A stretch of 64,000 nt of DNA from Bacteroidota bacterium (GCA_039714655.1 JBDLIX010000001.1:16878-80877), one strand, 5' to 3'; positions 40,725 to 49,268 are shown, counted from the first letter of the stretch. Program-made: numbers and translations. The notes: a model not told the origin generated them from the letters alone.

Positions 40725-40753
40725 TCACCTTTTCTGTCACCTTTTCTGTCACC
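40725..40753. repeat. 12-bp tandem repeat (about 2.4 copies) at the trpG-trpD junction
   Basis: 'tcaccttttctg' occurs twice followed by 'tcacc'. If the GTG start is used, the minus strand translates this as GDRKGDRKGD. Confidence 0.85.
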
Positions 40754-40755
40754 CG

Positions 40756-41331
40756 TCACTTATCACCATTTAGCCAGTTCAGGATGATTCTACCACCATA
40801 TTCGGTAAGGACCGACTCAGGATGAAACTGCACCCCCCTAACATCGTACCTTCTGTGTCTGATAGCCATGATATAACCCTCATCATTTTCCACTGTAATC
40901 TCCATTTCATCGGGCAATGTCTCATGCTCAACAATCCATGAGTGATAGCGTCCTGCATCAAAATCCACCGGGATCCCATCCAATAGATAATCCCCTGTCA
41001 CAACCTGCTTCATTTGTCCAACCACTCCGTGGTAAACCGTATCCAGGTTTACAATGGACCCACCATAGGCCTCCGCGATGGCCTGGTGACCAAGGCACAC
41101 ACCCAGGATGCTTTTTGTGGCACCGTATTCCCTGATCAGATCCAGGGCAATACCTGCTTCTTTCGGAATACCGGGACCCGGACTAATAAGGATTTTATCA
41201 TAAGAAGCAATTTCCTCTAAGGAGATTTGGTCGTTCCGCTTCACATCCACAGGTGCCTTCAGCACCCTCTCAATATATTGAACCAGGTTGTAGGTGAATG
41301 AATCGTAATTATCCAGAACCAGAATTTGCAT
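40756..41331 (-). CDS. trpG: Anthranilate synthase component II (glutamine amidotransferase)
   Basis: 191 aa with the catalytic 'LGVCLGHQAI' and 'VQFHPES'. Confidence 0.92.
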   Translation of the reverse strand: MQILVLDNYDSFTYNLVQYIERVLKAPVDVKRNDQISLEEIASYDKILISPGPGIPKEAGIALDLIREYGATKSILGVCLGHQAIAEAYGGSIVNLDTVYHGVVGQMKQVVTGDYLLDGIPVDFDAGRYHSWIVEHETLPDEMEITVENDEGYIMAIRHRRYDVRGVQFHPESVLTEYGGRIILNWLNGDK

Positions 41332-41347
41332 GTTCGTGTTATTTGTC

Positions 41348-42754
41348 TCAGTTAATACTCCGGGCCATCTCTATGGCCGATTTCAAAGCTGCCAGCTTAT
41401 TGTTCACTTCCTGCAGTTCCCCCTCTTCGGTTGATTCAGAAACAATCCCTGCTCCAGCCTGATAATATAGCGTATGATCCCGGGAGAGAAAGGAACGGAT
41501 CATAATGGCATGGTTGATATCACCATTGAACCTGATGAATCCGATGGTACCTCCGTAATATCCCCTTCTTTTGCCTTCATACTTATCGATCAGTTCCATA
41601 GCCCTGTACTTCGGGGCACCCGACAGGGTTCCTGCCGGGAATGATTCGGCCATGATCCGGATGGTATTTGCATCCTCTGGTAATATTCCCGACACCTTTG
41701 AAACCATATGGATCACATGCGAATAGAATTGGATCTCCCGGTAATCTTCTACAGTCACCTTTTTGGCGCTCCGGCTCAGATCATTTCTGGCCAGATCGAC
41801 CAGCATCACATGTTCGGCATTCTCCTTCTCATCCTCAGCCAGTTTCCTGGCCAATTCCTGGTCCTCCCGGTCATTACCAGTGCGCCTGAAGGTTCCTGCA
41901 ATGGGGTTGATGTAAGCTTTTCCACCTTTCACCTCGATCTGCGCTTCCGGGGAAGATCCGAATAACTTGTAGCTTCCATAATCAAAATAGAAAAGGTAGG
42001 GAGAGGGATTGATAGAGCGCAATGAACGATATACATTGAACTCATCACCTGTAAAGGATTGGCGGAATTGTCTTGAAAGGACAATCTGGAAAACATCTCC
42101 CCTGAAACAATGTTCCTTGCCTCTGGTTACCATCTGTCGGTAATCCTCATCTGTCAGGTTGGAAGATTCCTGGCCGGATACCTCAAATCCATACGTTGCT
42201 ATATTGCGGTTGTGAAGCAGTGTGGTTACCCGGTCAATCTCACTTTTGCCACCATTGACAATATGCTCGAACAGCATTAGCTCATTGGTAAGGTGATTGA
42301 TGGCCAGTACAAACCTGAAAAAATTGTACCGAACCTCAGGGATCTCCTCTTTCTCGGGCATGGGCGAATGAAACTTAATCTCTTCAAAATACTGAACCGC
42401 ATCATAGGTAGAATAACCGAATACTCCATCCACCAACATCTCCTCCCCACTTGTATCAATGTCAAAAGAGGAGATGAATTCATTCAGTAATCCCACCACA
42501 TTATTCCCGGGGTTCAACTCCGTTTGTGCCGGCTCATGCCCAGGCAGGCAGATATTCACCTCTCCCTGATTGATACTGAACTCAGCCAGTGGATCCATAC
42601 ATATGAATGAGAAGGAGTTCTCCTTGCTGTGATAGTCAGAGCTTTCAAGCAACAGTGAATTGGGATATACATCCCTCACTTTTAAATATATACTAACTGG
42701 TGTGATGATATCTGCCAATATCTTTCTTCGCTCTATCCTTACCGGTACTTTCAT
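41348..42754 (-). CDS. trpE: Anthranilate synthase component I
   Basis: 468 aa with 'FPAGTLSGAPK' and 'RGYYGGTIGF'. Confidence 0.93.
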   Translation of the reverse strand: MKVPVRIERRKILADIITPVSIYLKVRDVYPNSLLLESSDYHSKENSFSFICMDPLAEFSINQGEVNICLPGHEPAQTELNPGNNVVGLLNEFISSFDIDTSGEEMLVDGVFGYSTYDAVQYFEEIKFHSPMPEKEEIPEVRYNFFRFVLAINHLTNELMLFEHIVNGGKSEIDRVTTLLHNRNIATYGFEVSGQESSNLTDEDYRQMVTRGKEHCFRGDVFQIVLSRQFRQSFTGDEFNVYRSLRSINPSPYLFYFDYGSYKLFGSSPEAQIEVKGGKAYINPIAGTFRRTGNDREDQELARKLAEDEKENAEHVMLVDLARNDLSRSAKKVTVEDYREIQFYSHVIHMVSKVSGILPEDANTIRIMAESFPAGTLSGAPKYRAMELIDKYEGKRRGYYGGTIGFIRFNGDINHAIMIRSFLSRDHTLYYQAGAGIVSESTEEGELQEVNNKLAALKSAIEMARSIN

Positions 42755-42802
42755 CTTCAGTATAATTTTTATTTTTCATATCATTGTTCATTGCTCAATT
42801 AA

Positions 42803-42856
42803 GTGCAATAAAAAAAGGCCCCCGCCGAAGTGGAAGCCTTTATTATTTCATTGCAC
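42803..42856 (-). terminator. trp attenuator: intrinsic terminator between leader peptide and trpE
   Basis: The RNA reads GGCUUCCAC-UUCG-GCGGGGGCC followed by U7 (plus-strand 42810-42838). An outer helix GUGCAAU/AUUGCAC (42850-56 / 42803-09) and an A-tract/U-tract pair flank it. Confidence 0.7.
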
Positions 42857-42869
42857 AATGGGGCTGAAC

Positions 42870-42929
42870 CTATTCTCCGGTCTTTTGGAAATTAAGTTGC
42901 CACCACCAGTTTGTGCGAATCATTTTCAT
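42870..42929 (-). CDS. trp operon leader peptide (MKMIRTNWWWQLNFQKTGE)
   Basis: Hand translation of the minus strand gives 19 codons plus TAG, with three consecutive UGG codons. It sits about 30 nt upstream of the terminator and about 115 nt upstream of the trpE start. Confidence 0.7.
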   Translation of the reverse strand: MKMIRTNWWWQLNFQKTGE

Positions 42930-43016
42930 AGTGTAATCTTTATAGATGTCAAATTAAAGGAAAGATTTCAATTAATCCAAATTTCATTACTTTCGCCTCT
43001 CAGAAAACTCATTCCA

Positions 43017-43799
43017 ATGGCCAAAAAGTATTTCAGGAATATCTCTCTCTTCTTCATCATATGGCTGGCCGTGATGGTGATCTACTCCGTGACCCACAGA
43101 GTAACAGACCTGGATTACCTGTGGAAGTTTTTTCTGCTTCCGGCTCTGTTTCTGGGATTTATTGCTGCGCTTGCTACCACCCTTGAATATGTTTTCAATG
43201 TAAAGAAGGGGATCAACTGGATCTTCCTGGTGGTGGCAGTAGCCATAGACCAGGGGATCAAAGGGTATCTTTTTTCCCTGGATTGGCACTCCATATCCAT
43301 CCCATTGATCAAACCTGTATTTTTTATCGAGCCCACCCAAAATACCCTGGGTTCATATCTATGGGTACTCCTGGGACTAAAGCAGGGCTCCCATCTGCTG
43401 AACATCATCCTGTTCAGCCTGATCGGTATCGTATTCATCGAGGTATGGCGGTTTTATGTCAAAAGAAAGAGAAACAGTTTCTGGATCAATGGCTTTATCC
43501 ACCTCTTCCTGGCCGGTCTTGCAGCCAACCTGATAGACAATGCATTCTGGGGTGGCTCTCTGGATTATATCACCATCAAACCTTTCTATACCTTTGACCT
43601 GAAGGATCTCTATATTACGTTGTGTGAGCTGTTCCTGGTTACCGAACTGATGGACAACAGGCTACTAAAAAAGTTCATGAGAATGCCCCGAGAGGAGAGT
43701 AATCAGCTGAATAAAGATTTTATCACTTTTGTGAAACGCGATTTGGGTATTAGAAAGAAGAGGGATGATCATCATGAGTCCGGAAATGCTAATGAATAA
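43017..43799 (+). CDS. Signal peptidase II (LspA)-like membrane protein with N- and C-terminal extensions
   Basis: I trimmed the start to the ATG at 43017. LspA-like blocks present are 'VAIDQGIKGYL', 'QNTLGSY' and 'AANLIDNAFWGGSLDYI...FDLKDLYI', which retain both Asp positions. The tail is charged. Confidence 0.55.
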   Translation: MAKKYFRNISLFFIIWLAVMVIYSVTHRVTDLDYLWKFFLLPALFLGFIAALATTLEYVFNVKKGINWIFLVVAVAIDQGIKGYLFSLDWHSISIPLIKPVFFIEPTQNTLGSYLWVLLGLKQGSHLLNIILFSLIGIVFIEVWRFYVKRKRNSFWINGFIHLFLAGLAANLIDNAFWGGSLDYITIKPFYTFDLKDLYITLCELFLVTELMDNRLLKKFMRMPREESNQLNKDFITFVKRDLGIRKKRDDHHESGNANE

Positions 43800-44313
43800 C
43801 TTCTGCATCTCTTAGCATCAACATCAGTTGATAACACCTTTCAATATCCTTCACCATTGAAGATGCAGAAAATGTAGCACCCGAGATGGTATCTATATCT
43901 TTTCCCAGTTCAAGTTCCTCTCCGCTGTATCCTTTAAATTGTTTCAGCCAGCTCTTGCTGCAAATTCCCGCCCCATGTGTTGAACGGTAAACAAGAACCA
44001 TGATATTGAGAACCGTTAGCTCCTCAGAAAAGATCACACTGTAGTCAAACAGATCAAACCTCCCTTTGGCTTGTGTAGATAATAGATAACCCAGGACCAA
44101 TTCATTCCTGATCAATTCAAATACGGCATCTCCTTGCTTCAGATAGGGCTGAAGGATTGAATTATCCACGGAAATCTCAGCCTTCCGATACGCTGTTTCA
44201 CTGCCAAAAATCCGGGAAATCTCTTTTCTCTCTTTCTTTCCAGGTATTCCGGGCTCTTCTGCACTGATCCTTGTGATGCAAAACAGGCAAAATATGATTG
44301 CTATGACCCTCAT
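43789..44313 (-). CDS. Exported FMN-binding-domain protein
   Basis: I chose the ATG at 44313 (MRVIAIIFCLFCITRISA, signal peptide); the longer ORF starts at a TTG. The FMN_bind-type 'DTISGATFSASSMV' (flavinylation-type S-G-A-T) is preceded by 'WLKQFKG'. Confidence 0.7.
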   Translation of the reverse strand: MRVIAIIFCLFCITRISAEEPGIPGKKERKEISRIFGSETAYRKAEISVDNSILQPYLKQGDAVFELIRNELVLGYLLSTQAKGRFDLFDYSVIFSEELTVLNIMVLVYRSTHGAGICSKSWLKQFKGYSGEELELGKDIDTISGATFSASSMVKDIERCYQLMLMLRDAEVIH

Positions 44314-44330
44314 TTTCTCCTCTCGTTTGA

Positions 44331-45515
44331 CTAAAACCAAATAGCCACACCGGCATTCAGCTGCTGCCCGGATCCACTTGTACCGCGATTATTAAATATC
44401 TGATAGTCCAGTTTCAACATGGCTCCCGATGCTAATTTCCAACCCAAACCAAAGGTCAGGTCACTTCGGTTATTGGATTCATTCAGGATCGTCCCTTCCG
44501 CAACAGAGCCATGTGTGTGGTATTGCTCCACCCTGAGAAACGGGATCAGATCAGTTTCAAACCTGTCCGAAGCATGAAGCAAATTGTAAGCAACTTCACC
44601 ATACCACCCATAGATAGTGCTACCCAGGTCACTTCCGGTGAATTCATTATAATTCGAAGAATTTGAAACAATGCCATAATTCAACTGAGCTTTCAGTTGG
44701 AGACCTCCCTTGGAATAACGTGCATCTGCACCTATCATACTGAGTCCTACCACAGAAGAATCAGCCCTGATCATCGCATCATTGTCCGATTTGTCGAGAC
44801 CATCATAAAGAGTGGACTGTGTGTTTCCTCTATAGCCTGAAAATCCCAGCTGTAATCCTGAGATGCCAAAGTAATTGACTTTAAAGGTAAGATTAGGGGC
44901 ACTCATCAATGATTCTGCTCCCTTCTGACGACCCTTTCTGAATCCGTTGGAGCCGCTAAGATTGGCAGAACCATCATATCCATTAAATCCATTCACTATA
45001 TAGAGCTGGTATGAGAGTGAGCTGGATGGAAAGACACCTGCAAATCCTGCTCCGATTTCACGCCAGGTGGATGGAACGATGTATTTGTCCAGGTTAGGTC
45101 GCTCAACTCCGTTAAAAGTTGAGGGTTCATGATATTCATTGATAATGCCCATGGGGATCAGCATCAATCCACCTCTGAATTTCAACCAGGGAGTGATCTC
45201 ATATTGCAAAAATGCCTGTTCCACATAAATCTCCTTAACGTGTTCAAACTCCACCTCAGAAACGAATTGTGTTTTTTCATTGAATTTGTATCCGAACATC
45301 AGGACCATCCGGTGTACATCCAACCCTGCATTCTGATATGTTCCGTTTTCAACAGGCTGGTTAAAGTCAATCTGCCCATACCCTCCGATAGTAAGACGCT
45401 CAACTTCATCCATCATTCGTGTCGCACTGTTTTTCTGCTCCTGCCCACTGAGCCATATTGTACTAACCAGAAGCCCAAACGAAATGGCCATGGTTTTACA
45501 TCTCAATTCGTTCAT
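44331..45515 (-). CDS. Porin-like outer-membrane beta-barrel protein
   Basis: About 394-402 aa; the start is ambiguous (TTG 45539, ATG 45515 or ATG 45491). It has a signal peptide, a beta-strand pattern, and C-terminal 'NAGVAIWF'. Confidence 0.6.
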   Translation of the reverse strand: MNELRCKTMAISFGLLVSTIWLSGQEQKNSATRMMDEVERLTIGGYGQIDFNQPVENGTYQNAGLDVHRMVLMFGYKFNEKTQFVSEVEFEHVKEIYVEQAFLQYEITPWLKFRGGLMLIPMGIINEYHEPSTFNGVERPNLDKYIVPSTWREIGAGFAGVFPSSSLSYQLYIVNGFNGYDGSANLSGSNGFRKGRQKGAESLMSAPNLTFKVNYFGISGLQLGFSGYRGNTQSTLYDGLDKSDNDAMIRADSSVVGLSMIGADARYSKGGLQLKAQLNYGIVSNSSNYNEFTGSDLGSTIYGWYGEVAYNLLHASDRFETDLIPFLRVEQYHTHGSVAEGTILNESNNRSDLTFGLGWKLASGAMLKLDYQIFNNRGTSGSGQQLNAGVAIWF

Positions 45516-45697
45516 ATTCAGTAATGTTTCTTGTACCAAACAAAACTATGCCAAATCCAGGGTCATTTGACCCATGGCAAATTTTGGCAATACCATTCTA
45601 AATAGGAAAATTGGTTTTCTGTCTGACTGACAGGAAAATAATAGATAATAGAGATGGGTTATTTAGAATAAAATACCTAGAAGTAGGGATATCCCCA

Positions 45698-46195
45698 TTA
45701 TATCTCCCTGGCCGGCTGAACAGGGTATCTTTCGAAGATTTCAGAAGCCACTTCATGAAGTTTTGCAGCTCTCTCTTCCGGATCATAATCCAGTTCATCA
45801 ACAGCAGCGCAATGCCAAACGTGCTTCCTGGCTTGATTGTCATACATATCTACTGCAATGGCACGCTCCATGAAATTGTACCTCCACCGATAACCATAAT
45901 ATCTGTCCATCGCCTCACGGTGGTAAACAGTTATTTTGACCGAAACATCGCCATTCTCTTCTACGAACTGTAAGCCTCTTTGCTCCAGTTCCCTGGCAAT
46001 TGCTACACGAATTCGCTCCAGTTCCATCCCCGTTATGGTCTCTTTGTTCCCATCCGTAAAATCCATAAAACTGTAGGTCGCATACTGTTCGAAACTCGTT
46101 GCATCGTCCAGGTCATAATATACCCGCATGGAAGATCCACACCCGTTAAGCAGAACCACAGCAAGAATCCAAATAGGAATGAATATATTTCTCAT
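45698..46195 (-). CDS. DUF4136-like lipoprotein
   Basis: 165 aa with lipobox 'LLNGC'. Size and layout resemble my recollection of the DUF4136 family. Confidence 0.6.
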   Translation of the reverse strand: MRNIFIPIWILAVVLLNGCGSSMRVYYDLDDATSFEQYATYSFMDFTDGNKETITGMELERIRVAIARELEQRGLQFVEENGDVSVKITVYHREAMDRYYGYRWRYNFMERAIAVDMYDNQARKHVWHCAAVDELDYDPEERAAKLHEVASEIFERYPVQPAREI

Positions 46196-46329
46196 GATTT
46201 CTATCCTTATATTTAAGCATAAGAGTCACAAATACTATGCCATGCAAAAAAAGTTCCCCATAGGGTAAATCCATTTTTAAGCATCCTATATGAAAGAGCA
46301 TGATTTAAACATTAAAAAACCAAATAGTG

Positions 46330-47619
46330 ATGAAAACTTTATACTTGAACAAAGGGTCCTGGGTATTGGTTCTGGCCATTTTCTTAAGTGCATCAGTATA
46401 TGCTATGCCAATGGGAGACGAGGAGCTGATCGATACCATTAATTTCAAAGCATATTTCGGCAAGGTTATCGATGGTCATACCGCACGGGCCCTTCCTTTT
46501 GCTACTATTGAAGCGACAGGAAGTAACATTGCTACAGTATCCAATATTGATGGAGAATTCACCATAAAAATTGCCAGGGATTCAGATATATCCGATATAA
46601 AGGTCTCTTACATTGGATTTCGTAACCAAACCATACCCCTTAGTCAGTTTAAAAACAAGAAACTTACCATCAAACTGGATCCCAGCACGGTTCAGCTAAA
46701 AGAGGTCACAATCAGGCCAGCGGATGCCATGGAACTGATTGTTGATGTGCTGGCCAATGTAAGGGAGAACTATAGTAACGATCCTATGATGATGCGAGGA
46801 TTTTACCGGGAGACGATCCAGAGGGGACGAAACTACGTTTCCATCTCCGAAGCGGTAGTCGACATCTTCAAAGGAGCGTACTCCAATGAATTCCAAAGTG
46901 ACCAGGTAAAGCTTTTCAAAGGAAGGAAGAGTGCAGATGTTGAAAAAATGGATACCGTATTATTCAAAGTACAGGGTGGGCCCAACACAACCATTCTGCT
47001 TGATGTGATGAAGAACCCATACGTTCTCCTTTCAGTTGACTACTATGATATCTACGATTTTCACGTGAGTGATATCATCAACATCGATGACAAACTGCAT
47101 TATGTGGTCACATTCAATCAGAAAATGTACGTAGAGGAGCCTTATTATTACGGGAAGTTATACATCGATATGGAAAAACTTGCCATCTCAGAAGCTGAGT
47201 TTGAGCTGAATATTGAGAACCAGGAGGAAGCTGCCAGACTATTTATTAAGAGAAAACCCATGGGCATGACCATTATCCCGGAAAGGGCAGCTTATAGGGT
47301 CAAGTATACCATTGAGGAGGAGCGTTGGTACTTCAGTTATGCCCGGGCAGAAGTAAAATTCAAGGTCAATTGGAAGAAGAAACTTTTTAATACCACCTAC
47401 ACGACCATGTCGGAACTGGCCATTACGGACCGCACCTACGAGGGAATTGAAAAGTTTGCAGCAAAGGAGAGATTTAAGAGAACTGATGTGATGGGTGAAA
47501 AGGTATATATATTCTTCGACCAGGGCTTCTGGGAAGGTTACAACGTAATCGAACCAGATCAGTCTATTGAAAGTGCCATTCGCAAGCTGAATCGAAAATA
47601 CCTGAGGCGAAACAGTTGA
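46330..47619 (+). CDS. Carboxypeptidase-regulatory-like domain protein with an uncharacterised C-terminal body (paralog of 49269-50819)
   Basis: It has a signal peptide and a CarboxypepD_reg-like 'GKVIDGHTARALPFATIEATGS...DGEFTI...VSYIGF'. It is colinear with the 516-aa protein downstream (FYRET/FYRES, SEAVVDI/SEAVLDV, AEVKFKV/AEVEFKV, ELAITD/EMAITD). Confidence 0.65.
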   Translation: MKTLYLNKGSWVLVLAIFLSASVYAMPMGDEELIDTINFKAYFGKVIDGHTARALPFATIEATGSNIATVSNIDGEFTIKIARDSDISDIKVSYIGFRNQTIPLSQFKNKKLTIKLDPSTVQLKEVTIRPADAMELIVDVLANVRENYSNDPMMMRGFYRETIQRGRNYVSISEAVVDIFKGAYSNEFQSDQVKLFKGRKSADVEKMDTVLFKVQGGPNTTILLDVMKNPYVLLSVDYYDIYDFHVSDIINIDDKLHYVVTFNQKMYVEEPYYYGKLYIDMEKLAISEAEFELNIENQEEAARLFIKRKPMGMTIIPERAAYRVKYTIEEERWYFSYARAEVKFKVNWKKKLFNTTYTTMSELAITDRTYEGIEKFAAKERFKRTDVMGEKVYIFFDQGFWEGYNVIEPDQSIESAIRKLNRKYLRRNS

Positions 47620-47651
47620 TCCAGTTTAAACAGTATCTATAAATATAGTTC

Positions 47652-47718
47652 AAAGCGCTGTCTACAAGAATTGTGTAACTTTACCATCCCTGTATAAGCC
47701 ACAATAAGACAGCGCTTT
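47652..47718. repeat. Perfect 12-bp inverted repeat with a 43-nt loop upstream of the ECF sigma gene
   Basis: 'aaagcgctgtct' (47652-47663) pairs with 'agacagcgcttt' (47707-47718). It ends 12 nt before the ATG at 47731. Confidence 0.8.
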
Positions 47719-47730
47719 TCAAACCTAACA

Positions 47731-48279
47731 ATGGTCCTGAAAGAACAACAGCAGCTGAGAAAGATCCAAAAGGGTGATATCCATTCTTTTGAGAGGCTTT
47801 TTCACCGGTTTCACCCCGGGCTCTGTGGTTATGCTGAAAGTCTGGTAACTAAAGGCGAGGTTGCAGAAGAGGTGGTACAGGACGTGTTCTATAATATTTG
47901 GAAGAATAGAGAGACATTAAGGATCAACAGGAGCTGGCAAAGTTACCTGTACCGCGCGGTCTATAACAATTCCATGATGTACCTCCGTAAAATGCGCCGG
48001 GAACAACCCCTGGATGAAAGGAGCTCACTGGATCATCAGATTAACACTCCCGATCCGTCTCAGTTGATGCAGTTGAACGAAGTTTCGGAAATGATTTCGG
48101 GAACGCTTGAAGGTCTGCCTGAAAGAACCAGGGAGATCTTCTATTTGAATCGTCAGGAGGGATTGAAATACAGAGAAATTGCAGAAAGGCTCTCGATCTC
48201 AGTGAAGACCGTGGAAGCAAATATGGGCAAAGCATTAAAAGCATTGCGAAACAGCCTGGAGAAATATGAAAAAGAGTAG
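47731..48279 (+). CDS. ECF-type RNA polymerase sigma factor
   Basis: 182 aa with a region 2 ('VVQDVFYNIWKNRE') and a region 4 HTH ('KYREIAERLSISVKTVEANMGKAL'). Confidence 0.85.
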   Translation: MVLKEQQQLRKIQKGDIHSFERLFHRFHPGLCGYAESLVTKGEVAEEVVQDVFYNIWKNRETLRINRSWQSYLYRAVYNNSMMYLRKMRREQPLDERSSLDHQINTPDPSQLMQLNEVSEMISGTLEGLPERTREIFYLNRQEGLKYREIAERLSISVKTVEANMGKALKALRNSLEKYEKE

Positions 48280-49258
48280 AGACATCCATATGGCCAGGTT
48301 CCTTGCCGGCGAGATGAGTGTGAAAGAGGAGATTGCATTCAGAAATGAAGTTGAAAGCAATTCTAAACAACAGTCTGAATTGAATAACATGGAAAAGAGT
48401 TGGAAATATTTTGACGAGAATCCCTCCCGAGGACAAAGGGATTCCAGCAAAGCCTGGAGCAATTTGCACAGAAGGCTTGAAGAAGAAGGATTATTGGAGG
48501 AGCGACCTGCCGGAACAGGGAGCAAGCATATACTTCCTGCACTAAAGATAGCCGCATCAATCCTACTGATACTGGCCATCGGAATCCCGACGCTTTACTT
48601 TGGGATTATCCGAAACAGCAATGGTAAGCCTGGTCAGAGCTATTATTCCGAGAAAGGAGTCAGCACCATAGATCTTCCCGATGGCAGCCGGATATACCTC
48701 AATGAAGGAGCAGAGATTTCCTATCCCCCTGCCTTTAATCAGGAAAGATCGGTGAATCTTAAAGGTGAGGCTTTTTTCGAAGTGATGTCGGATCCTGTTA
48801 ATCCGTTTACCGTACGTACGGGCAAAGTAGTGATCTCAGTACTTGGAACCTCATTCAATGTAAAGAAATCGGGCCATGCGCAAAAGGTGGAGGTATTTGT
48901 TAAAACAGGGAAAGTCAGAATGTCCATGGAAAATGCCAAACAATTCATTACCCTGGAACCGGGGGAGATGGGGCTGGCCGAAAGTCAGAATCTGACCAGC
49001 TCTATCCAGAAAGATCCCAATTATATTTCATGGAAGACAAAAGATTTTAAATTTGTAGATGCAGAGCTTTTAGAAGTTCTCCGGGAGTTGGAAGAATCCT
49101 ACCATGTGAAAATTCACCCCGATCGGGTTGAATTGAATGATATGAAGATCACCACCTCCTACAGCGAACAATCCATTGACGCCATCCTTGAAACCATTGG
49201 CGCTGCGTTCGATTTGACAATCAGCCACAGGGAGGACGGCTATTATCTGACCAAATGA
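48266..49258 (+). CDS. FecR-family anti-sigma factor
   Basis: 330 aa with a short cytoplasmic N-terminus, one TM segment ('ILLILAIGIPTLYF'), and a FecR periplasmic domain ('DLPDGSRIYLNEGAEI...GEAFFEV'). It overlaps the sigma gene by 14 nt. Confidence 0.85.
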   Translation: MKKSRDIHMARFLAGEMSVKEEIAFRNEVESNSKQQSELNNMEKSWKYFDENPSRGQRDSSKAWSNLHRRLEEEGLLEERPAGTGSKHILPALKIAASILLILAIGIPTLYFGIIRNSNGKPGQSYYSEKGVSTIDLPDGSRIYLNEGAEISYPPAFNQERSVNLKGEAFFEVMSDPVNPFTVRTGKVVISVLGTSFNVKKSGHAQKVEVFVKTGKVRMSMENAKQFITLEPGEMGLAESQNLTSSIQKDPNYISWKTKDFKFVDAELLEVLRELEESYHVKIHPDRVELNDMKITTSYSEQSIDAILETIGAAFDLTISHREDGYYLTK

Positions 49259-49268
49259 TATAGACCAT

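Noticed and set aside
42660-43016. The N-terminal 119 codons of the 379-aa plus-strand ORF 42660-43799
   Set aside because: This part runs antisense across the 5' end of trpE, the trp attenuator and the leader peptide, and has an implausible low-complexity composition. LspA-like similarity and a sensible membrane N-terminus begin at the ATG at 43017, so I trimmed the gene.
45540-45697. Hairpins (GGGTCA-TT-TGACCC and CTGTC-tgact-GACAG) between the DUF4136-like gene and the porin gene
   Set aside because: The stems are short and there is no U-tract in the minus-strand (transcribed) orientation. This is insufficient to call a terminator or an sRNA.
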